Source: an uncultured Eubacteriales bacterium (GTDB lineage Bacteria; Bacillota; TC1). From it: a stretch of 64,000 bases of DNA. The stretch covers positions 327,378 through 391,377 of the forward strand of contig CAYPYD010000001.1 in NCBI GenBank assembly GCA_964415195.1, in the 5' to 3' direction. Below, in pieces: positions 37,825-47,745 of this stretch; the stretch's first letter is position 1, and each line of letters opens with the position of its first letter. The position numbers and the translations under genes were made by a program. The notes beneath the pieces were generated by a model. It made no database searches and had not been told where the DNA came from. It saw only the letters and a list, made by a program, of their open reading frames with translations.

Positions 37825-39141
37825 TTACTTTTCTTCATCAAGTAAAGACTTTAAGATCCTCGCTCCGTAAGTTGCACCACGAGATCTGAGGACACTACTC
37901 CAATACTTTATGGCCTTTAGATCCAAATGATTAATAGCCTTATCTAAAGCAAGATTAATATTCTTATCATCAAGATTATTTGGATCAAGCACAACACCTA
38001 AGCCAAGATGCTCTGCATCATAGGCAATGTTAAACTGATCACTAGAAAAAGGTAGAATAACCATCGGTATACCGTAATAAAGACTCTCAGTAAAAGTATT
38101 ACAACCACCATGATGAACTACTAAATTCATTTGATTAAGAATTGCCTTTTGGGGAACAAAATCACGAATAAGAACCTGATCATTCTTATATCCCGTTAAT
38201 TCCAAACTATGACTACCAGCAGCAACAATAACTAATGCATCAGAATCAAAAGAAATTACTCCATCAACAATCTGCTTTATAACATCAATTCGCTCAGATA
38301 AAAATGTTCCAAAACTAATTAAAACTTTCCTTCTATCATTGTTAAGAATTTTAATCCATTCCTTGTCAGGTATTTCTTCTTTAAAACAACTTCCCAAATA
38401 TATCCTTCTTGGATTTCCTGCTAAATCTTCCATTCCCTCAAAATCAGGATATAGATACATAACAGCCCTGTCAGAGACTAAGCTAAAAGCATCCTCAACT
38501 AAAGGTGCCTGAGAATCAACCTTTTTAATAAAGTTATTGAACGCTGATGTGAAGGTTTCTCTAGTTATATTAGAAACTGCTTTTAAGGTTTCTAATTGGT
38601 CTAGTTCTGGTTCTAGTCCTGATGGCCAGTGTAGGGGAATATTATATGGCAATCCTTTTGTCGGGATACTAGCTGGATGTGGAGGGCAAAAGGTAATGTA
38701 GGGAAGACCCAAACAATGCATGCTTAAAGTAGCACCATATGATAAAAGATCCACAATCCAATAATCTGGCTTAAGTAACTCATTGGTCATCCGAATAGAT
38801 TCAAGAAGTTCTTCCGGATCTGCAAAAGTATCTTCTCTACGATGATTTAACTGGGTAATTAAAGTAGCAACCGGCCCTCTTCTTGTAGCACTGAAAAACT
38901 CTTTGAGACGTATTGTTTCAGAGGATTCCTGAGAGGTCGCTTCAGCTATACCAGTATTTCGATTTCTACTGATATTAAGTTCAATAAACAGTAGACCTTT
39001 TTCTTCTATGTTGGACCTAAACTCCTGACTACAAGCTATAGTAACCTTTAGACCTTGGTCTTTTAATCCAACAGCTAATTCTAAAAGAGGCATAAAATGA
39101 GAATAGAAAGGAGGGCTTAGAATAATGATGTGTTTTATCAT
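37825..39141 (-). CDS. GT1-family (MGT/UDP-glycosyltransferase-like) glycosyltransferase
   Basis: C-terminal nucleotide-sugar motif 'HHGGCNTFTESLYYGIPMVILPFSSDQ'. The start overlaps the upstream gene's stop by 4 nt (ATGA). Confidence 0.75.
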   Translation of the reverse strand: MIKHIIILSPPFYSHFMPLLELAVGLKDQGLKVTIACSQEFRSNIEEKGLLFIELNISRNRNTGIAEATSQESSETIRLKEFFSATRRGPVATLITQLNHRREDTFADPEELLESIRMTNELLKPDYWIVDLLSYGATLSMHCLGLPYITFCPPHPASIPTKGLPYNIPLHWPSGLEPELDQLETLKAVSNITRETFTSAFNNFIKKVDSQAPLVEDAFSLVSDRAVMYLYPDFEGMEDLAGNPRRIYLGSCFKEEIPDKEWIKILNNDRRKVLISFGTFLSERIDVIKQIVDGVISFDSDALVIVAAGSHSLELTGYKNDQVLIRDFVPQKAILNQMNLVVHHGGCNTFTESLYYGIPMVILPFSSDQFNIAYDAEHLGLGVVLDPNNLDDKNINLALDKAINHLDLKAIKYWSSVLRSRGATYGARILKSLLDEEK

Positions 39142-41192
39142 AGTGTCTTTGTCTCCTTTACTTTTTTGTAGAAAGCAAGAATGCTTAAGGCTATTTTTTC
39201 GATAGAATAGCGATTTACTACGGTAGCATGTCCTTTTTTACAGATTTTAGCATAATCATCCATATCTAGTTCGGTATCGTATATAATCTTTTCAATATCT
39301 TGAATCATTGTTTTGGCACTTATGGTATTTATGAAAAATCCATTAATACCTTGTTTTAAATATGTTCTGACTCCACCTTTGATTGGGGCGAAAACTAGCC
39401 AACCTTCATATAAAGCTTCTAAGATTGAAAGACCGAATTCTTCTTTTTTACTTGATGAAACATAAATATTTGGTACATCCCCTTTTTTTTCTAGGAGTGC
39501 TTTTTCAAGACAGCGGATTTTTTCGTTGCTTTGGGCATCCAAGCGTACAAAACTTCCCTCTAAACTGGGGTGTTCTTCCATAAAGGTATCGAAGAAATCT
39601 AACATTTCCTGTTCTTCCTTCGTAGGTTTTTTACTATCACCACCAATTAGTACTAAGTTGTAATTTTGGTTTAGTCTAGAATTCCCCCAGGCTATGAGTA
39701 GTTGGTCCTGGCCTTTAAGTTGGCTGAGCCTACCTACATTTAAAATGGTAGGTCTTTGTAAGTTCTCTTCTGTAATATAATGACGAAGGTTTGGATTACA
39801 AAGAATTTCTTTTATTTCAACTTTATTATATGGTGGTTCAGTATCGATGCCTTCTCCGATCATCCGAAAGAGGAAGTGCTCATGACCGTACCTCAGTTGT
39901 GGGAAATATTGCATTAACTCATTACGAATTTTTGAACCTCCAATACCTAGAATTCCTTGTGCTAGGCAAAGGAGTTTGTCTCCAACATAGATTTTGTTTG
40001 ATAGAGTCAAAGCTTCGGTGGTCGTGAATGATTTTAGTGTTCCGGTTTTTTCGACTAGATTACGGTGAGGATCCGGGGTGATGGTAAATATCAATGTGGA
40101 TTTTAGTTCATTGGCTGCTTCAGCAACTGCAAGTGATGCATTGTCTAGATAACGTATATGAAATATATCCGGACGGATTCCTAGGAAGCTCATTGATTTT
40201 AGGATTGTCCGTTTTATTACTAATTGTTTGGTGGCAAAATCAGCTGGATTGTTTGGGTCGAGATTTAAGGGCATTCTGTAAACATAGTGATTGGGAGCTG
40301 CTTCTTCTAGTAGTTTCCAACCAAATTCCCATTTTTTACTGACAGTTAGGGTGATTATTTTGTCTACTTCTTTGTTCTTTGCCAAGTGGTTTCCTATGCT
40401 TTTTAAAAGTATTCCAAGACCACCACTGTTTCCTAGACCAGTGGTATAGGGGTCGCCATAAAACATAGTTTGAACTATTGTTAGGGTATCTGCTTTTTTT
40501 GGCAATATTGTGTTTAATAGTCTGTAGTCAAGATAGTCATTAAAGACTTGGGGGTTATGTTCGTTAGCGATGATGGTTTTCAAACTCCTTATAAAGGGGG
40601 CATATTTAGCCCTTGGTCCTTTTAAGTTTATTAGGGTATCTATTATAAGGAGCTTCAAGTTCTCATAGTAGGGCTCTTTTAGAAGGCCTTCTAGGTGCTT
40701 TTCTAGCTGTTTAACCTTGAAGCAGTTAATATACTCTACTAGTTGTTTCAATGTATTGTAATTGTAGCGATGTATTTGTATTAGTGTTTGTAATTGATGG
40801 AGATTTAGGAGTTTGGTTTTGGTTTCAATTAGATAGTCCAAAAGGTGAAAAAGGATAATGTGTTCCTGATCCTTTTGGAGTAGTTTTTCTAATATTTTGT
40901 TATCCAAGGATTCCAATCGGTGGTTTTTTTTGTTTTTGATGAGTAAATCTATGATTGCTCGGTTCAAATAGGGATTTGGGCCTAGTTGTTCAAGCCAGGT
41001 GTGTAGTTCTTCTTGTGTTGTGGATGGGTTTTGTAGTTGTTTTCTGATTTTGTTTAGTTGTTGTATTTGGTCATTTTGGCCATAGATGTCCATATTATCA
41101 TAATGGAGCAGGTAGTATTCATTGAATGTTTGTTCTTCTTCTGGAATATATTCTTTTATGCATTTTTTTCTTGCCTTTATGAATCGGTTCAT
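39138..41192 (-). CDS. GT4-family glycosyltransferase (sucrose-phosphate-synthase-like core) with ~230-aa helical N-terminal extension
   Basis: 'TTGLGNSGGLGILLK' near the start of the GT-B fold and 'EEFGLSILEALYEGWLVFAPIKGG' (E-x7-E-type GT4 motif). The N-terminal part is Leu-rich helical repeats with no recognised catalytic motif. Confidence 0.7.
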   Translation of the reverse strand: MNRFIKARKKCIKEYIPEEEQTFNEYYLLHYDNMDIYGQNDQIQQLNKIRKQLQNPSTTQEELHTWLEQLGPNPYLNRAIIDLLIKNKKNHRLESLDNKILEKLLQKDQEHIILFHLLDYLIETKTKLLNLHQLQTLIQIHRYNYNTLKQLVEYINCFKVKQLEKHLEGLLKEPYYENLKLLIIDTLINLKGPRAKYAPFIRSLKTIIANEHNPQVFNDYLDYRLLNTILPKKADTLTIVQTMFYGDPYTTGLGNSGGLGILLKSIGNHLAKNKEVDKIITLTVSKKWEFGWKLLEEAAPNHYVYRMPLNLDPNNPADFATKQLVIKRTILKSMSFLGIRPDIFHIRYLDNASLAVAEAANELKSTLIFTITPDPHRNLVEKTGTLKSFTTTEALTLSNKIYVGDKLLCLAQGILGIGGSKIRNELMQYFPQLRYGHEHFLFRMIGEGIDTEPPYNKVEIKEILCNPNLRHYITEENLQRPTILNVGRLSQLKGQDQLLIAWGNSRLNQNYNLVLIGGDSKKPTKEEQEMLDFFDTFMEEHPSLEGSFVRLDAQSNEKIRCLEKALLEKKGDVPNIYVSSSKKEEFGLSILEALYEGWLVFAPIKGGVRTYLKQGINGFFINTISAKTMIQDIEKIIYDTELDMDDYAKICKKGHATVVNRYSIEKIALSILAFYKKVKETKTL

Positions 41193-41361
41193 GATTGTTC
41201 CTTTCCTTAGGGCCCATTGTAGTGAAATACTGTCTTTGTTTTATTGAATTATATCATGGTGTAGGTTAGAAAACATCCTTTCATAAGCACTAAATAACTA
41301 TTAAATATGTCATCATGGAGGCATGAATGAGTCAATAATTATTTATTTAAACATATTATTA

Positions 41362-41394
41362 TTGTAAAGTATGAATGATGACTGATATAATAAT
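41362..41394 (+). promoter_or_regulatory. Promoter with conserved 17-mer ATGACTGATATAATAAT (copy A)
   Basis: TTGTAA (41362-41367), 18 nt spacer, TATAAT (41386-41391). The 17-mer at 41378-41394 is identical to the copies at 45091-45107 and 49009-49025. Confidence 0.6.
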
Positions 41395-41438
41395 ATTTAA
41401 TAATTAATTTGAATAGTATTTGTCTTGAAGGGAGCCAG

Positions 41439-43409
41439 ATGATGAAAAGAAGGAGCAATTGGACTGTTAAGGTTTTATCGTTAATGATGTCATTGTTTAT
41501 GATGTTAGGTATAGTGTTGTATCTGGGTGGGGGGAAAGTAGAGGCGGCAAATTATCAGCATGATGGAAAATTCGGAAGACTGATTGGGCCAAGTGATATT
41601 GAATTTGATGTTTCAGGTAATATGTATGTAGCTAATTTTAATACTATAAATAAAATTGCACCAGATGGTGAAATAACTATAATTCCAAGTGGTGGGATTT
41701 ATGGTGTTCTAGATAAAGTTTCTGATATAGAATTTGATAGTTATGGAAATATGTATGTTTCCAATTACAACGGAAGAAGCATAAATAAAATTACACCAGA
41801 AGGAGTAATCACAACTGTTAGAAGTGATGGAATATACGGAAGATTTTACTGGATTAATGACATAGCATTCGACAGTGAAGGGAATTTTTATATTGCTGAT
41901 GATAATTTTTATACGGTTAACAAAATAGCTCCTGATGGAACAATAACAGTGATAAAAGGTGGCGCTGAATATGGAGATTTCCATAGAGTTTTTGACATTA
42001 AGTTTGATAATGAAGGAAATATGTGGCTTTCTCACGAAGAGGGTTTCAATATTGTTGAACCAAATGGTAATGTGTATGAATTTGACTATGGTCATTGGAT
42101 AAATGACTTAGAATTTGATAGTAAAGGTAATATAATTTTTGTATCAACAAGCACTGATCAAATAACCAAAATAACGGATGATGAAATAATTACTATTCGA
42201 AATCATGGAGTTTATGGAGAACTTTTCAATCCTTATATGCTAGAATTTGACAGTCAGAATAATATGTATCTTATACCTGGAGATAATTCGATTACGGAAA
42301 TAATTGATTACAGCGGTACATATAACATTGTCTCAAAGAAAAGCAATCTAGTGATGGATGTCTACAATGGGGGTAAAGAGCAAGGTGTCAATGTCATACA
42401 ATGGCCAGAAACTGGTGGATTAAACCAACAATGGAACTTTGAATTATTAGATAATGGTTTCTATAAAATTACTTCGGTTCTATCAGGCATGTCACTAGAT
42501 GTATATAATGCAGGTCTTAATGAAGGAAATCGCGTAATTCAATGGCCATATCATGGGGGCGCAAATCAACAATGGCAATTAATTGAAAATATTGACGGAA
42601 CATTTGGGTTTAAATCTAGATCGTGCTTTGAAAGTTATAATAATTATGTATTAGATGTCTATAATGGAGGAATTACACCTGGAGTCAATGTGATACAATG
42701 GACTGGTCATGATAGTGATAACCAAAAATGGTACCTACAACCAGTAGAAGAACACACCTTGAACTATGAGACTAATGGTGGAAGTACAATTGAAGATAGT
42801 AACCATCTACCAGGAGTAATAATCACAGAACCAACAACCCCAACCAAAGAAAACTCAGTATTCGGAGGCTGGTATAAGGATGCAGAACTAACACAAAAAT
42901 GGTACTTCACCAAAAACAGGATGCCAGCAACAAATCTAACACTATATGCCAAATGGGAAGAAGATATTAGTGGAGTCTACAATATAAGATCCAAGAACAG
43001 CAATCTTGTAATGGATGTATACAATGGAGGCACTGACCAAGGAGTAAACGTAATCCAATGGCCACTCCATGGTAGAAGCAACCAACAATGGAAATTTGAA
43101 ACCCTAAATAATGGCTACTATAAGATAACATCAATGCTTTCTGGAATGTCAATTGATGTCTACAATGGTGGAACTAACCTAGGCAATAGAGTAATTCAAT
43201 GGCCATACCATGGTGGAATCAACCAACAATGGAAAATAATTAAAAATAGTGACGATACCTACTCACTGATGTCAAGACTAGCAGAAGAAAGTGGGACAGG
43301 ATACATTTTAGATGTTTTCGGTGGTGGAATGGACCAAGGGGTTAACGTAATCCAATGGACAGCACACTATGGTAACAATCAAAAATGGATACTAGAATCA
43401 GTTAAATAG
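41439..43409 (+). CDS. Secreted NHL-like six-bladed-propeller protein with ricin-B / Flg_new / ricin-B tail
   Basis: ATG at 41439 after GAAGGGAG; the TTG at 41409 is unlikely. Signal peptide ends 'GGGKVEAA'. About 6 repeats 'DIEFDS.GNMYV.N.....INKI.P.G.IT.I'. Tail (~42305-43406) is homologous to the tails of the first two genes. Confidence 0.85.
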   Translation: MMKRRSNWTVKVLSLMMSLFMMLGIVLYLGGGKVEAANYQHDGKFGRLIGPSDIEFDVSGNMYVANFNTINKIAPDGEITIIPSGGIYGVLDKVSDIEFDSYGNMYVSNYNGRSINKITPEGVITTVRSDGIYGRFYWINDIAFDSEGNFYIADDNFYTVNKIAPDGTITVIKGGAEYGDFHRVFDIKFDNEGNMWLSHEEGFNIVEPNGNVYEFDYGHWINDLEFDSKGNIIFVSTSTDQITKITDDEIITIRNHGVYGELFNPYMLEFDSQNNMYLIPGDNSITEIIDYSGTYNIVSKKSNLVMDVYNGGKEQGVNVIQWPETGGLNQQWNFELLDNGFYKITSVLSGMSLDVYNAGLNEGNRVIQWPYHGGANQQWQLIENIDGTFGFKSRSCFESYNNYVLDVYNGGITPGVNVIQWTGHDSDNQKWYLQPVEEHTLNYETNGGSTIEDSNHLPGVIITEPTTPTKENSVFGGWYKDAELTQKWYFTKNRMPATNLTLYAKWEEDISGVYNIRSKNSNLVMDVYNGGTDQGVNVIQWPLHGRSNQQWKFETLNNGYYKITSMLSGMSIDVYNGGTNLGNRVIQWPYHGGINQQWKIIKNSDDTYSLMSRLAEESGTGYILDVFGGGMDQGVNVIQWTAHYGNNQKWILESVK

Positions 43410-43423
43410 TTGATAAAAAACCA

Positions 43424-43455
43424 AAAAACACCCTCAATAACGAGGGTGTTTTTCT
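43424..43455 (+). terminator. Intrinsic terminator
   Basis: aaaaacaccctc aataac gagggtgttttt. Confidence 0.8.
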
Positions 43456-43551
43456 TACACTTTTTGGCAAAGTTGTTATTTCCCAGGATAAGGCGTATAC
43501 TTGTTGTATGAGAAGCAACGGGACAGAGGCTATAAGCCAGAGGAGATAAAC

Positions 43552-44157
43552 ATGGATAAAATTATAATAAAAGCGCTTGAACGACCTAAGAAAACAGGAA
43601 AATTTAGAGAACAAGGATTCGTAGCAGGTGTACTATACGGAGAAGGCATGGACGCATCAGCATCAGTTAAGTTTGATGCAGCAGTCATAAGAAACCTACT
43701 CTCCCAACACGGTTCTAATGCAAAAATTTGGGTAGACTACAATGGAACAGAAAAATTTGGCTTTATAAAAGCAACACAAAGTGATGCACTATCAAATAAA
43801 CTAATGCACGTTGATATACAAATAATAGCCAAAGACCAAAAAATGAAAATCCAAATTCCAATAAGATTTATTGGCGAAGAAGCATTAAAAGAAAAAGATT
43901 TAGAACTACATATTTCCAAACATGAAGTAACAGTAACGGGAGATATGAATAAAATGCCTGAATCAATAGAAATTGATGTAAGTGCCTTAGAACTTGGTGG
44001 ACAAGTAACTTATGAAGATTTCAAACTGGATGAAAGCCTTATAACCGATGAAAAAGAATTAGCTTATGCAGTAGTCAATCATCTTAAACTGATGAAAGTT
44101 GAAGAAACAGCAACTGAAACTGTAGCTGAAACCGCAGAAACTGCTAAACCAGAATAA
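43552..44157 (+). CDS. ctc: Ribosomal protein L25 / general stress protein Ctc family
   Basis: ATG at 43552, 6 nt after AGGAG. 'KALERPKKTGKFREQGFVAGVLYG', a beta-barrel domain, then an acidic C-terminal tail, as in Ctc-type L25. Confidence 0.75.
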   Translation: MDKIIIKALERPKKTGKFREQGFVAGVLYGEGMDASASVKFDAAVIRNLLSQHGSNAKIWVDYNGTEKFGFIKATQSDALSNKLMHVDIQIIAKDQKMKIQIPIRFIGEEALKEKDLELHISKHEVTVTGDMNKMPESIEIDVSALELGGQVTYEDFKLDESLITDEKELAYAVVNHLKLMKVEETATETVAETAETAKPE

Positions 44158-44191
44158 ATTGACCTAAAAAAATATAGTAAGAATAAGTAAT

Positions 44192-44227
44192 AAAAAAGTA
44201 GAGATTCTTAGAATCTCTACTTTTTTT
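44192..44227. terminator. Bidirectional terminator
   Basis: aaaaaagtagagattc tta gaatctctacttttttt. Confidence 0.85.
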
Positions 44228-44250
44228 ATCCTGAGTTGTAAGATTTTAAT

Positions 44251-44997
44251 TTATTTTAAGTTTATGGCCAAGGTTCTGTAATGATTGTCTTTAGGAGCTG
44301 TCTTAATAAGAAACTCAAAATCCTTTAATCCTAAATCATTTTTATTATTGGCAAGATACAAAGCCCCTCTAAAAAATAAAGCAGTAGCATCAGTAGGATT
44401 AATACCTAGTGCTAAAGTATAGTCAGCTATAGCCATGTCAGTATTACCTAAGGCTTCATATACTCTTCCACGATGAGTGAAAGAACAAGCAAAACCCTGA
44501 CGTACTTTAATAGCCTCAGTAAAATCTGCTATAGCAAGTTGATAATTCCCTAACTTATGATGTAGAAGCCCCCTGTTATTAAAAGCACTTCCATGATTAG
44601 GATCTAATTTAATAGCAGAAGAAAAATCTTTAAGAGCCTTATCATTCTGGTCAAGTTTAGCATATATCAAGCCTCTATTATAGTAGGAATTAACATCATT
44701 TTTATCAATTAAGATTGCTTTAGAAAAATCCTTAATCGCTTCATCATAACGTTCTAGAGTAGCAAGAACATCTCCTCTTGAACTAAATACTTCTGCATCT
44801 TGATCATCAAGTAGAATAGCACTACTGTATGCTTCAAGTGCATTAATATAATCACCAACCTCTTCTAAAAGATTACCTTTTAAGATATATGGTTCCTTAT
44901 TTTTCGGCGCTTCTAAAGCTGCCTTATCGTATTCGGCAATCGCTTCCTTGAAGAGACCTTCTTTTTCTAATCTTAAACCTATTTCTAGTCTTAACAT
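44251..44997 (-). CDS. TPR-repeat protein
   Basis: Seven consecutive 34-aa repeats of the form 'A..D...AI.LDP....A..NRG..Y..LG.Y..A'. Confidence 0.85.
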   Translation of the reverse strand: MLRLEIGLRLEKEGLFKEAIAEYDKAALEAPKNKEPYILKGNLLEEVGDYINALEAYSSAILLDDQDAEVFSSRGDVLATLERYDEAIKDFSKAILIDKNDVNSYYNRGLIYAKLDQNDKALKDFSSAIKLDPNHGSAFNNRGLLHHKLGNYQLAIADFTEAIKVRQGFACSFTHRGRVYEALGNTDMAIADYTLALGINPTDATALFFRGALYLANNKNDLGLKDFEFLIKTAPKDNHYRTLAINLK

Positions 44998-45074
44998 ATA
45001 ATTCCCCGTCTTTCATTTTTTGAATATAGTCTTATGATAGCATACTATATGAATAAACATAGATGAAAAATCAT

Positions 45075-45107
45075 TTGCACTATTTGTAGGATGACTGATA
45101 TAATAAT
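45075..45107 (+). promoter_or_regulatory. Promoter with conserved 17-mer ATGACTGATATAATAAT (copy B)
   Basis: TTGCAC (45075-45080), 18 nt spacer, TATAAT (45099-45104); 17-mer at 45091-45107. Confidence 0.6.
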
Positions 45108-45155
45108 AAAAAACCATTTGCAATAGATAGTTTTAATAAACATAATGAGGTAAAT

Positions 45156-47696
45156 ATGAAACAAAAAAATAAAATATATTTAATAATTACAACTTTGCTA
45201 ATGTTAGGAATACTTTTTTTCACAAAGAGTAATCTTCAAGCAAAAATACTACCCCAGCCCCTACCTGTTTGGAGTCAAGAAATAGGTGGAGAAATACCAA
45301 ACTATTTTAATGATATCCAACAAACAAAAGATGGCGGATATATTGTCGCAGGTAGTCAAGTTGAACTAGGTACTACACAAACTGATGCTTTAATAATGAA
45401 GATTGATGCTTCAGGTAACAAATTATGGAACCAGATATTTAGTGGCGAGGGTAACGATTTATTCAATTCAGTATGGCCAACAGAAGATGGTGGATATATT
45501 GCAGTAGGTGGCGGTACTGCTGGAATTATTGTGAAATTTGATGCTAACGGGGCTAAAGTCTGGGATCAAGTATATGCGAGAGAAAAAGATGATATTTTTA
45601 AATCAGTCCAACAAACATCTGATGGTGGCTTTATTGTTGCAGGTGGTGGCACTGATGGGCTTTTAGTTAAATTTGACTTTAATGGAAATAAAATCTGGGA
45701 TCAAGTTTATGAAAACAAAACCAATGATCATTTCAATTCTGTTATTCAAACAGTTGATGGAGGATACATAGCAGTAGGTGGAAGTACAGAAGGCATTCTT
45801 GTTAAATTTGATTTAAATGGAAATAGAGAGTGGAACAAAGAATTTACTAGTGAAAAATCAGGCTATAAAGATATCAAACAAACACAAGATGGAGGATTTA
45901 TAGTAGTAGGTGATAGTCATCTTGTTAAACTTACTAACGAAGGAACTATAGAATGGGACAAAAAAGCAGATATTTCAAAACTAGAGAATTTTGAGACTGT
46001 ATCTTTAACTAGTGATGATGGCTTTGTATTTGTTGGTAGTAAAGAATCAGAAGTTAGTGGTATTAAAGATGGTCTGTTGGTTAAGTACGATATTGAAGGT
46101 AATAAACAGTGGGAACAAACTTACGGTGGAAAATTAAAGAATGAATTGATGTCAGTGATCCAATCTAGTGATGATGGTTATGTGGCAGTTGGTAATATTG
46201 AGGACTCAAATATTGATGGCAACACTAATGGGCTTATAGTTAAGTTTCAACAAAGTGACTTATTAGAAACAGAGGCAGTTGTTAGTGATTTATCTGGTAT
46301 ATTTACAATCCGTAATAAAAATAGTGGATTGTTAATGGATGTCTATAATAGAGGGATAGAAAAGGGTAATAATATTATTCAATGGTCCGGGACTGAAAGT
46401 ATGAATCAAAAATGGAAGTTCGAGAAGCTGGAAAATGGATTTTATAGGATTACTTCTTTGTTTTCTGGTTTATCTTTGGATTTATATAATGCTGGAGAAA
46501 ACCAAGGTAATCATTTGATTCAATGGCCATATCATGGTGGCATAAACCAACAGTGGCAAATAATTGAAAATTCTGATGGAACAATTACTTTTAAATCTAG
46601 ATTGAATTTAGAAAATGGAGGCAATTTTGTTCTTGATGTATATAATGCTGATTCCACTCCTGGTAATTATGTTATTCAGTGGCCTCTTGATGGGGGAGAT
46701 AGTCAGAAGTGGTATATAGAAGATGCTTATCAAAATCCTGGTAAGGATTTTACGGGTACCTATAATATATTGTCAAAGAATAGTGGAATGGTGATGGATG
46801 TTTATAATGGGGGTAAGGATCAAGGGAATAATATTATACAATGGTATGCCCACGGTGGTATTAATCAACAATGGAGTTTTGAAAAATTAGATAATGGTTA
46901 CTATAAGATTACTTCTGTTTTATCTGGTATGTCTTTAGATGTATATAATGGAGGTTATGATCAAGGAAATCGAGTTATTCAATGGCCATATCATGGCGGT
47001 ACCAATCAACAATGGCGTGTGATTGAGCATTCTGATGGTAGTATTTCTTTAAGATCTAGAATGGCTGAGGAGAATTATACCTATTTTGTTTTAGATGTCT
47101 TTAATGGTGGAACAACAGCCGGTGTAAATGTAATACAGTGGGCAGCTCATTATCGTGATAATCAAAGATGGTTATTAGATGAATCATTCAAAGAGCCTGT
47201 TCCTCCCCTAAAGATTTTGGATGTTCCAATAATTGCCCAAAGACCTGAGCTTCCAACAGGTTGTGAAATTACTGCCACTACTATGTTGTTTAATTATGCT
47301 GGTGCAAATGTTAATAAGGTTACTTTAGCTTATGAGATGCCAAAGCACCCAACTAATCCTAATTTGGGTTTTGTTGGTAGTCCTTTCTTAGCTTCTGGTT
47401 GGACTGTGAATCCTCCTGCATTGATGAATTTGTATAGGAAGTATCTTGGTAGTGCTGTTGATTTGACTGGTTCTGATATGCGAAGTATTGAGTATTATGT
47501 CTCAAGGAACAAGCCGGTTGTGGTTTGGGTTAGTGCTTTTTATGGTTTTAGTGTTCATGCTATTACTGTAACTGGTTATGATAGTAATTATATATTCTAT
47601 AATGATCCTTGGTCAGGTGTTAAGAATGCTAGAATAGATAGAAGTCTTTTCATGATTAGATGGAGCGGTCAAAGTTTTAGGGCAATGTCTTTTTAA
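45156..47696 (+). CDS. Secreted beta-propeller-repeat protein with two ricin-B trefoils and a C-terminal C39-like (YvpB-type) cysteine peptidase domain
   Basis: Signal peptide ends 'SNLQA'. About 7 repeats 'DGGYI.VG.....G.LVKFD.NGNK.W.Q.....D.F.SV.QT'. Trefoils at ~46281-46725 and ~46746-47195. The tail 'LDVPIIAQRPELPTGCEITATTMLFNYAG' has a candidate catalytic Cys. Confidence 0.8.
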   Translation: MKQKNKIYLIITTLLMLGILFFTKSNLQAKILPQPLPVWSQEIGGEIPNYFNDIQQTKDGGYIVAGSQVELGTTQTDALIMKIDASGNKLWNQIFSGEGNDLFNSVWPTEDGGYIAVGGGTAGIIVKFDANGAKVWDQVYAREKDDIFKSVQQTSDGGFIVAGGGTDGLLVKFDFNGNKIWDQVYENKTNDHFNSVIQTVDGGYIAVGGSTEGILVKFDLNGNREWNKEFTSEKSGYKDIKQTQDGGFIVVGDSHLVKLTNEGTIEWDKKADISKLENFETVSLTSDDGFVFVGSKESEVSGIKDGLLVKYDIEGNKQWEQTYGGKLKNELMSVIQSSDDGYVAVGNIEDSNIDGNTNGLIVKFQQSDLLETEAVVSDLSGIFTIRNKNSGLLMDVYNRGIEKGNNIIQWSGTESMNQKWKFEKLENGFYRITSLFSGLSLDLYNAGENQGNHLIQWPYHGGINQQWQIIENSDGTITFKSRLNLENGGNFVLDVYNADSTPGNYVIQWPLDGGDSQKWYIEDAYQNPGKDFTGTYNILSKNSGMVMDVYNGGKDQGNNIIQWYAHGGINQQWSFEKLDNGYYKITSVLSGMSLDVYNGGYDQGNRVIQWPYHGGTNQQWRVIEHSDGSISLRSRMAEENYTYFVLDVFNGGTTAGVNVIQWAAHYRDNQRWLLDESFKEPVPPLKILDVPIIAQRPELPTGCEITATTMLFNYAGANVNKVTLAYEMPKHPTNPNLGFVGSPFLASGWTVNPPALMNLYRKYLGSAVDLTGSDMRSIEYYVSRNKPVVVWVSAFYGFSVHAITVTGYDSNYIFYNDPWSGVKNARIDRSLFMIRWSGQSFRAMSF

Positions 47697-47745
47697 TTAT
47701 GCTGTAATAATTAAAATTAACGCATAAAATATAATACAAGGTAAC

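Noticed and set aside
44998-45155. c-di-GMP riboswitch (GEMM-I/II) upstream of the lectin and pilin-like genes
   Set aside because: I looked because such genes are often riboswitch-controlled in clostridia. The leaders are only ~45-70 nt after the predicted -10 boxes (41395-41438, 45108-45155, 49026-49093), and nothing suggestive precedes the pilin-like gene's operon at 30953. None shows the conserved GEMM-like segments. An Rfam scan would be decisive.
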